A stretch of 64,000 nt of DNA from assembly GCA_016935665.1 (NCBI GenBank), contig JAFGQN010000070.1, forward strand, positions 378-64,377. Direction: 5' to 3'. Both the position numbers and the translations under genes were made by a program. The DNA comes from Deltaproteobacteria bacterium. Its GTDB lineage: Bacteria; Myxococcota_A; Polyangia; JAAYKL01. The notes beneath the pieces were generated by a model, which worked only from the letters and a program-made list of their open reading frames with translations, did not search any database and had not been told where the DNA came from. Positions 17,704 to 24,816 of this stretch are shown piece after piece. Numbering within the stretch: position 1 is the stretch's first letter; each line of letters opens with the position of its first letter.

Positions 17704-20319
17704 TTGATGGGGGAAATCGACATGAGCACCACACTCGACGACGATTTGGGCACATTGCAAGAGCTGGACTATTATCGCACGCTGGCAAAGAAATTAATGC
17801 ATAAAGGGGTAAAGGGACTATGCGATGCAGATAATGAACAATGGAACAATGATTGGGACAGTGATAATACTATTTCCAATGCTCTGGTGGTGCGCTCTCA
17901 TGCTCTCGCATTGCAAATAGATCCATCGGATGATAGCTGTTCAGGTGATACCAGCAGGACTTACATCCAAAGAGTGATACATACGGAAAATGACGTGTTG
18001 GCGCGGCCGCAGGAGGATTTACCAGTGTATAAAGCCGCGAGAATTTTGCACGCATTAATTCGTTCGCAGGGACATATTCTTTCTAAAATATCCGTTTTGT
18101 CGCTGTACCGGGTGCTTCGTGAATTTTACGATGTTCAACCCCCTGAAATGAATACCGGCGGTACAAGAGCGGGAGAAGGCGCCAGAGCGACGTCATTTAT
18201 GACTCTTCAATGTGTGCTGGCGGTAAAAGGCTTTTGCGACGCGATAAACAATACGATTCAATTGCTCGACAAGATAGCGCACATTGTTTCTATCCGAAAA
18301 ATGATTGAAAGCAATCGTATTGCCAAGCCGAACGCGTGGAAAGAATTAGTGAACGACTATATGGAAATGAACCTGACAATCGAGTTTCAGGATCTGACAG
18401 GTCGGGAATTTTTTGGGCCACAAATAAATATCACCAAGGATAATGTCTGGAAATACGTCGAGTCTTTTCCGGGGGATTTCGCAATTTTCCTGAAAGACGG
18501 AATCAATGAAATAGACAAGGCGCTGCAGGAAATCGACGAAAGACGCGTTGAAGAAGCACAGCAATATAGTGAAAACCCCATCCGTTGGCATGCGAAGATT
18601 CCCTTCGAAAATGCGTCCCATGAAATATCTAAAAACGCTATTTTTCACTGCAGGAAACGTCTTGAGGTTTTATGCACCGCATTGTGTGGAACCCCTGCCT
18701 GGGATAGTGTCAACTGGCATAATGCAGTTCAAGAGCTTCAGTCCTGCCATGATAAATTTAAAGAACTGATCAGGCCGTCAAAAAGATACTTCTCAAATGC
18801 GATGAATCGTTTTTTGAGTTTTCAGGATGAACACGCTTTTCAGAGCGATATTGCTGAGCTGGTATTTTCTGCGGTGGGATATGGGTGCGTTAAAGAAAAA
18901 TGGGATAGCAAAAGAATAGTGGACGCTATTTATCGCGCACTTGAATTCATTTCGCCTAAAGGAAAGCTGCCTTCGGGGCATCCTTTTTCAATGGGCCAAA
19001 AAGGATGGCTGCTTCATATTATTTGCCCACAGGTATTTCACTATCTTGCTATAGCAATTAAGGAGTTCAATCCTCCCAATCCCAGGGAACATTTAGATCT
19101 GGATAGGCTCAAAGAAGCTGTCAAACGAATGATATGCTGGTTTGATGACAACAAATTTATCTTTGATAATACCGACAACATCGGCTGGACAATGGATACG
19201 CCCACAGAACCCAAAAAGCCAGAGCGGTGGGTGTCAGTCTGGTGCACACTGGCGTTAAATAAAATCGTAGCTTTGCTTGATAAAGTGATTAACCAGTGTG
19301 TTTATAAACATGTCGATGTGAAATCCCCGGAAGAGCTTGATGTAGAGCTTCACCAAATGATTGTCAGCGACTTTGGATTACGGCAAAAAAAATCCGTCGC
19401 TTTCATGCTGGCAGACATGCAGAATCATTTGCTGGGGCACCAACCCCTGGTCAGTGAACGTCCAATTTTTTCAGCGGTTCTGCATGGGCCACCTGGCACT
19501 GGAAAAACCACAATTGCAGAAGCGCTGGCAAAAACTGCCAGGGCGCAGTTCGTACAGATTACGCCGAGTGATATTGTAGTTGGTGGTGCGGAGCAGGCAG
19601 AAAGATCGGCCAGAAATTTGTTTCAGGCGCTGTGCATGCTTACCAATACAGTCATTTTGTTCGATGAATTTGATCCTATCCTATGGCACCGAGATCCAGA
19701 CGGGAAAGTACCGACGACTGTGTTTGAATACTTAACACCAGGGATGCTGCCAAAGCTGAAAGACCTGTATCGTGCGGCAAAGCGTCAGCGCAACGTATAC
19801 ATGCTTGCCACAAACAATATGCGGGCTTTGGATGATGCTGCTACCCGTAAGGGGCGATTCGATGAAAAGCTGGGCATCTACCCTCCAGACCTTTTGTCCA
19901 GAGTGGGACAATTGGCTTTAGCGTGTGAGAAGCATGCTGAGGAATCCAACACGAGCAGTGCATCCGGTTGGGAAAAAAGATTTGCCCGCGTTATTCAAAA
20001 AACTGCGGGGGGGCCAATGGATACTCTCGGGAAACCAGGATGGTTCACTCCCCCAGACAGTTCAATTAAACCAGATACTATTTTCGACTATCTCTGGAAA
20101 GATGGTCCTGAACCGGATTGGCCCGATTCGGAAGCCACCATGCAGGAAAAGTTAGAGAAAAAAGACTGCAATACCAAATCCATGAAACAGGCATACCTGG
20201 AACAGGAAGAGTGGCAATGGGTCATCGATTGGGACAGGCGTGCGGGGGAAGGCTGGCAGCAAATGGTTGAGGCGCTGCGGCATCCTTTGCAGAAACCCAA
20301 CGTGGGCTGGGATGTGTAA
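17704..20319 (+). CDS. 871-aa protein: ~590-aa unknown N-terminal region + classical AAA+ ATPase module + ~130-aa W/E-rich tail
   Basis: Walker A is VLHGPPGTGKTT, Walker B is VILFDEFD, the sensor-1 region is YMLATNN, and the Arg-finger region is DDAATRKGRFDEKLGIYPP. Likely starts are ATG 17707 or ATG 17722 (GGGGGA RBS). AT-rich. Confidence 0.9.
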   Translation: MMGEIDMSTTLDDDLGTLQELDYYRTLAKKLMHKGVKGLCDADNEQWNNDWDSDNTISNALVVRSHALALQIDPSDDSCSGDTSRTYIQRVIHTENDVLARPQEDLPVYKAARILHALIRSQGHILSKISVLSLYRVLREFYDVQPPEMNTGGTRAGEGARATSFMTLQCVLAVKGFCDAINNTIQLLDKIAHIVSIRKMIESNRIAKPNAWKELVNDYMEMNLTIEFQDLTGREFFGPQINITKDNVWKYVESFPGDFAIFLKDGINEIDKALQEIDERRVEEAQQYSENPIRWHAKIPFENASHEISKNAIFHCRKRLEVLCTALCGTPAWDSVNWHNAVQELQSCHDKFKELIRPSKRYFSNAMNRFLSFQDEHAFQSDIAELVFSAVGYGCVKEKWDSKRIVDAIYRALEFISPKGKLPSGHPFSMGQKGWLLHIICPQVFHYLAIAIKEFNPPNPREHLDLDRLKEAVKRMICWFDDNKFIFDNTDNIGWTMDTPTEPKKPERWVSVWCTLALNKIVALLDKVINQCVYKHVDVKSPEELDVELHQMIVSDFGLRQKKSVAFMLADMQNHLLGHQPLVSERPIFSAVLHGPPGTGKTTIAEALAKTARAQFVQITPSDIVVGGAEQAERSARNLFQALCMLTNTVILFDEFDPILWHRDPDGKVPTTVFEYLTPGMLPKLKDLYRAAKRQRNVYMLATNNMRALDDAATRKGRFDEKLGIYPPDLLSRVGQLALACEKHAEESNTSSASGWEKRFARVIQKTAGGPMDTLGKPGWFTPPDSSIKPDTIFDYLWKDGPEPDWPDSEATMQEKLEKKDCNTKSMKQAYLEQEEWQWVIDWDRRAGEGWQQMVEALRHPLQKPNVGWDV

Positions 20320-20328
20320 GCAATCAAT

Positions 20329-20356
20329 AAAAAAAACTGCCCGTTCAATTCGGCAG
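20329..20356 (-). terminator. intrinsic terminator candidate oriented on the minus strand
   Basis: The minus strand reads CTGCCG-AATTGAA-CGGGCAG followed by TTTTTTTT: a 6-bp stem with one bulge, a 7-nt loop and a T8 tract. On the plus strand no T tract follows the hairpin. Confidence 0.4.
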
Positions 20357-20376
20357 ATAAAAGAAAGGATAAAACA

Positions 20377-20664
20377 ATGGCAAGTGTATTTTTGGAAGCG
20401 GACAAATTCATCACCAGCATGGACAATGATGGGAAGATTTCCATCAAATTTCGTTTTGCCAACCAGAGACATCCGGACGATGAAGAGAAATATGTAGAAA
20501 AGGAACTTCCTTCTTCTAATAAGGCTGAAAAAGAAATCTCGCAAAAATATGTCGAGTTTTTACAGAAGCAGTGTGCCGCAGGTGCAAAAATCTGGGTAGA
20601 ACTATCTGACCAGGTAGAAAAAATAGAATGCGAATCAAAATCCACATCTAATGGCATGGGGTAA
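20377..20664 (+). CDS. small hypothetical protein (95 aa)
   Basis: AAAGGA RBS 8 nt before the ATG. Product: MASVFLEADKFITSMDNDGKISIKFRFANQRHPDDEEKYVEKELPSSNKAEKEISQKYVEFLQKQCAAGAKIWVELSDQVEKIECESKSTSNGMG. No family recognised. The region could instead, or also, be transcribed antisense (see the terminator at 20329). Confidence 0.45.
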   Translation: MASVFLEADKFITSMDNDGKISIKFRFANQRHPDDEEKYVEKELPSSNKAEKEISQKYVEFLQKQCAAGAKIWVELSDQVEKIECESKSTSNGMG

Positions 20665-20733
20665 GCAACTTCAATTTTTCTTTTCTTTTATGGTTAATCC
20701 AATCAGTTCCTGACTTGCACACTTTCCAGAACT

Positions 20734-20762
20734 TTGACTTGGCGTTTAGCTGCAGCTATATT
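20734..20762 (+). promoter_or_regulatory. sigma70-type promoter TTGACT-N17-TATATT for the deaminase gene
   Basis: TTGACT at 20734-20739, a 17-nt spacer, TATATT at 20757-20762. A strong GGGAGGGG RBS precedes ATG 20822. Confidence 0.5.
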
Positions 20763-20821
20763 TTTCTGACTATGGATAAAATAGAAAAAGTGATTTTACG
20801 CCTGTCCCGGGAGGGGATGAG

Positions 20822-22309
20822 ATGAAACAAACTGATCGTTCTCCAATGCTGGTATTTAGCATATGTGGCCAGGTTGGTGCCGGGTTGTCGCTTGTGCGTC
20901 GGAAAATTGCACAGACACTGTCGTCATTTGGGTATGAGTGTATTGCTGTGGATATCAGCCAGGTTGTACTGGAGATGTTTTACAAAAAAGTCATTGAGGA
21001 AGAAGCGGACGGCAATCATACTGGCCTGAAATCCGATGCGGCGCGGCGCATATATATGTTGCAAAGAAGGGGAAACCAGCTTCGCTCCAGGTTTGGGAAT
21101 GACATAATAACTAAAGTATCTGTATCCCATATCATATGGCAGGAATTGCAACGGTCGGACAACAGGCGAATCGCATGGTTGATTGACAGTGTGAAACATC
21201 ACGAGGAAGTGGCTTTTTTACGGGAGCTGTTTGGGGATTCGTATTTTGCCATTGGCGTCATCTCCACAGATTCCGTGCGAAAAAGACGTTTGATGGAGAA
21301 AAAGGGATTCACCGGTGAAGAATTCAATGTGCTTTCAGAAATAGACGCCAGAGAAAAAGGTCTTGAGCACGGTCAAAGCACCATTAAGGCGATTACTCAA
21401 TCGGACTATTTCTTTTCAAATGATTATGCGACAGCAGACAATCTTGAAATCGAGGCGCAACGGCTTCTTCGGCTGATTTTTTCTGTTGGCGTCGATACAC
21501 CGAGACTTGATGAATACGCTATGAGCATTGCCGCCAATGCGGCGAATCAATCCGGGTGTCTGGCAAGGCAGGTGGGCGCCAGCATTGTCAACTCTTCGGG
21601 GCAGCTAATTGCTACCGGCCGAAATGATGTGCCGCAATACGGTGGTGGGCTGTACACTGTTGAGTCCAGAAAAGATCACCGATGCTGGGCCCAGGCCGGA
21701 CAATGCTATAACGATCATCACAAGATGAATATCATTCAGGGCCTAACCACTGAGATAGGAGAGTCTCTCGGTTTAACCCCTGAAAAAAGAGAATCTGTTG
21801 AGGAAATCCTGAAGCACTCGCCCATTGATTCTCTTATTGAATTCTCCAGAGCTGTCCATGCTGAAATGGACGCATTGATGTCCATCGCCAGAGAAGAAAT
21901 CCCCGGCCTGAAAGGGGCATCACTGTACTGTACAACATTCCCTTGTCATAATTGTGCAAAGCACATCATTGCTGCCGGAATTCGAAGAGTTGTGTATCTC
22001 GAACCCTATGACAAAAGCCTTGCGCGGGAGCTTCATTCGGACGCAATAATGAACCCACTTCGGGACAACGAAGATGGAAAAATTCCATTCGATTCCTTTG
22101 GTGGCGTCGCACCAAGACGATATAGCCAGCTGTTTGGTATTAATCGGCGTCGAAAAGATAGAAAAAGCGGAAAATACATAGATCTGGATTTTAAACGAGA
22201 AAATTTGTATCCTCTTGGTGCTCAGGATGAAAAGAGTATCTATCAAAAGGTGGAAAAGGCTGCTATGGTGCTGGTCGAAAATGCGCCTGAAATGCAGGAT
22301 AGCAAGTAG
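20822..22309 (+). CDS. avcD: AvcD/DCD-like antiphage deoxycytidylate deaminase (N-terminal kinase/P-loop-like domain + C-terminal dCMP/cytidine deaminase)
   Basis: The zinc-deaminase motifs are SRAVHAEMDALMSI (H-A-E) and YCTTFPCHNCAKHI (PCxxC), preceded by CLARQVGASIV...GRND. The N-terminal ~200 aa has a degenerate P-loop SICGQVGAGLS (no Lys). Size (495 aa) and domain order match the AvcD / dCTP-deaminase defence family. Confidence 0.85.
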   Translation: MKQTDRSPMLVFSICGQVGAGLSLVRRKIAQTLSSFGYECIAVDISQVVLEMFYKKVIEEEADGNHTGLKSDAARRIYMLQRRGNQLRSRFGNDIITKVSVSHIIWQELQRSDNRRIAWLIDSVKHHEEVAFLRELFGDSYFAIGVISTDSVRKRRLMEKKGFTGEEFNVLSEIDAREKGLEHGQSTIKAITQSDYFFSNDYATADNLEIEAQRLLRLIFSVGVDTPRLDEYAMSIAANAANQSGCLARQVGASIVNSSGQLIATGRNDVPQYGGGLYTVESRKDHRCWAQAGQCYNDHHKMNIIQGLTTEIGESLGLTPEKRESVEEILKHSPIDSLIEFSRAVHAEMDALMSIAREEIPGLKGASLYCTTFPCHNCAKHIIAAGIRRVVYLEPYDKSLARELHSDAIMNPLRDNEDGKIPFDSFGGVAPRRYSQLFGINRRRKDRKSGKYIDLDFKRENLYPLGAQDEKSIYQKVEKAAMVLVENAPEMQDSK

Positions 22310-22328
22310 GTCATAAGAGGTACAAACA

Positions 22329-22511
22329 ATGTCTACACACAATAAATATGAAGAAATTAGAAAAATGAGTGCTGCGGACAGAGAAGAGATTTATCGTTTT
22401 GCCATGCAGCGTTCCAAAGAGATGCTGTCGGGCATTGACTGCGAATCGCAATCTATCTCACCCATCAATGACGTTGGTACATCAAGTAAAGACAAATTAT
22501 CATTTCGTTAG
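22329..22511 (+). CDS. small hypothetical protein (60 aa) immediately downstream of the deaminase
   Basis: GAGG RBS, with the ATG 19 nt after the deaminase stop. Product: MSTHNKYEEIRKMSAADREEIYRFAMQRSKEMLSGIDCESQSISPINDVGTSSKDKLSFR. No family call. Confidence 0.35.
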   Translation: MSTHNKYEEIRKMSAADREEIYRFAMQRSKEMLSGIDCESQSISPINDVGTSSKDKLSFR

Positions 22512-22551
22512 ATAGCAGCGAGATCCCCACTTATTATTGACCCCCACAGCA

Positions 22552-22576
22552 AAGGACAGCTGCGCGATGTGTCCTT
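22552..22576. terminator. hairpin between convergent genes (AAGGACA-N11-TGTCCTT)
   Basis: Perfect 7-bp stem at 22552-22558 and 22570-22576. There is no clear U tract, so it is weak. Confidence 0.3.
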
Positions 22577-22648
22577 AATGCAAAATTAAAACCATTTCGA
22601 AAATTACCTTCTATGCTGTCGTAGACAGAGCACCACGGGATTATCCGT

Positions 22649-23308
22649 CTAGTTTGATTTTGTGTGCGCTGCTTCCCAGTCGAGAATGGTCATGATGTCG
22701 TTGATGAGGCCGGTAACATCGACATTTTCATCAATTTCGTGACTTTTCGCTTCTTTACTGGCGCCGGCATCTTTTGGCGCTTGTTTGGCGTCAGAAACAT
22801 TCCCCGTTTTTACGACAGAAAACGCCACTGAAGTGAGCTCTTTGTCGTTGGTGGTTTCGTTCATTCGAAAATCGTACTGACCCTCCTTTTTTGGGGCGGT
22901 AAATTCGAATGTACCATTGGTTTTTCCCTGCAGATATTTGTACGAGATGTCGTGCTGATCGTTGGTTTTGGTAGAGCCATGGGGTTTATCCGCTTCAAGA
23001 ATACCAATCCACGAATTGGTGGGATACGTGGCGCTCGCGTTGAATTTGATTTCAATTTTTTCACCAGGCGCAAAGACGTTTTTGGATAGCGTCAGTTTTG
23101 CAGCGGCCTTATCCACCGCCTCTGAAAAACGGGTATGCGTCAGTTCTTTATTGGTTGCCGGGTTATTGAATCGGACGTCGTATGCCCCTTCACTCTTTGG
23201 CGCCGTGAATTCGAACTGGCGCGTATCGCCCACATACTTGTAAGCGATATCATGCTGATCATTTTTGCTCACATCACCATGGGCAATATTGGCCGGCAAA
23301 ATGCCCAC
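22649..23308 (-). CDS. protein with two tandem ~95-aa domains of unknown family (possibly N-terminally truncated or interrupted)
   Basis: The internal repeats are WVGILPANIAHGDVSKNDQHDIAYKYVGDTRQFEFTAPKSEGAYDVRFN and WIGILEADKPHGSTKTNDQHDISYKYLQGKTNGTFEFTAPKKEGQYDFRMN. The annotated start is GTG, but domain-like sequence continues upstream to an in-frame TGA at 23372-23374. Confidence 0.7.
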   Translation of the reverse strand: MGILPANIAHGDVSKNDQHDIAYKYVGDTRQFEFTAPKSEGAYDVRFNNPATNKELTHTRFSEAVDKAAAKLTLSKNVFAPGEKIEIKFNASATYPTNSWIGILEADKPHGSTKTNDQHDISYKYLQGKTNGTFEFTAPKKEGQYDFRMNETTNDKELTSVAFSVVKTGNVSDAKQAPKDAGASKEAKSHEIDENVDVTGLINDIMTILDWEAAHTKSN

Positions 23309-23839
23309 CCACGCGTTTGATGGGATTTTTTCAGAAATCGATACAGAGCTTCGGCCAGACCATTTGCGATGTCACAGCTTTCCAGTGCTTTGGCATCCGG
23401 TATAAATGGCGTGCGCCAGCATCCAAACCCCTGGGAGACACAAGGCCCATTGGCCGATTTTTACATGATGGGGAGGCGTCCACCGGTTTGGGATTGGGGA
23501 ATTATCAATTGCATCGGACATATATTTAAACAGCAGTTCAGCGGTGTGTACCAGTGACCAGGGTCAGCTTCGGCTTATAAGTCCGTCCTTTAAGTTGACT
23601 GACCTCAGTCTCACAGAGTGATTCAGACCACCATCAGAATTGGCACTGTGATCGATATCCGAACCTCATCCAGTAAGCATTCGAAGAAAAAGAAGGAAAT
23701 TGATAAGAATCGGCAAGCGACTTGTCGTGGGAGCCTCCGGATTAAGAACAAAACCAGCTTTCGCCGTCAAGCATACCACGATTGCCATGTGACCGTTACT
23801 GTTGTGAAATGGACTTTTACACTGTTATTGAAAGGCGGG

Positions 23840-24292
23840 TCAGTATTTGGCGATTAATTCTTTAACACGTTGCTCAAAAGCATCGTCGTCGCTGTAAAGT
23901 TCGATGGGCAGTTTGCGAAACCGGGTTATGGTTTCCGCGGTGGTGCGCACCACCTTCTGGACCAGAGAATCGGCCTTTCCCAGATGAATCACCAGTTCAC
24001 GCTGTTTTTGTTGCATATCCTTATTGAGTACCTGCAGTACTTTGCGCGCCGCAGCGTCGTAATCGGTCATATGTGACCAGTCGTGGACAGTGACGATGTC
24101 TTTATTAGCCACATAATGTTGCCGATACTGTTTGTCGATTTCCATGGCAAAGTCGAGGGAACCGTACCCGGAGATGACAGACGCGACGATGGGCGGGACT
24201 GTCCAGATCTGCAGTGTTCCGTTGTCGCTTTTAACGGTTTTCAAAGGTTCGCCAAACTGATTTAGCACGGGCAGGAGTTTCGGTTGGGTCAT
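23840..24292 (-). CDS. hypothetical protein (150 aa)
   Basis: Clean ORF with plausible composition (MTQPKLLPVLNQFGEPLKTVKSDNGTLQIWTV...). No motif I can name confidently. Confidence 0.6.
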   Translation of the reverse strand: MTQPKLLPVLNQFGEPLKTVKSDNGTLQIWTVPPIVASVISGYGSLDFAMEIDKQYRQHYVANKDIVTVHDWSHMTDYDAAARKVLQVLNKDMQQKQRELVIHLGKADSLVQKVVRTTAETITRFRKLPIELYSDDDAFEQRVKELIAKY

Positions 24293-24567
24293 GAATGATT
24301 CCTTTGCTGCGACAATTACGCTTTAAAAAAGATTGACGTAAAATCACATATGTCAAATCAGCGTTTGCAACACTGCATGAACAACACTCGTATTAAATAA
24401 AAAAAATCTGAGTTTTTTGTCTTGGCTGGAAAAAAGCGAAAGAAAATTTCGAATTCCAAAGGCTTCGTAAAATTGAACAAACAACTGTGTCAATTGTACA
24501 TTTTTGCATGGTGATTGCGCATTTGTGAATGGCTATTAAGCCAATAATCTGTGACTTTTACGGTTTT

Positions 24568-24597
24568 CGAATGGCTTGAATTATGTTATGCCATTCG
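24568..24597. promoter_or_regulatory. inverted repeat CGAATGGC-N14-GCCATTCG upstream of the V-ATPase operon
   Basis: Perfect 8-bp arms at 24568-24575 and 24590-24597. A third GAATGGC half-site lies at 24527-24533. The repeat is ~220-290 nt upstream of ntpA. Confidence 0.25.
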
Positions 24598-24816
24598 CCG
24601 TAGATGACCGGAAATTCATTGCAAGTGGCGAACACTTTGTTGCTTTTTAAGACAGGTTAAAATGGCCAGACAGATGATTAAACCGCGTTATGGATTCTCT
24701 AATCAGGGACCCCCGAAAGAACGGTGGATGATCGTATTGCAATTCTGTTCCAGGCAGCACGAAAAGCGGTTCCCTTTGAAACCATTTGTTCCACGCATCA
24801 ATAAAGAGGTAGGACT

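Noticed and set aside
24626-24643. Possible sigma54 promoter TGGCGAACACTTTGTTGC upstream of the V-ATPase operon
   Set aside because: The GG-to-GC spacing does not fit the -24/-12 consensus: GT sits where GC is required, and the next GC is 3 nt too far. No enhancer-binding protein gene is nearby.
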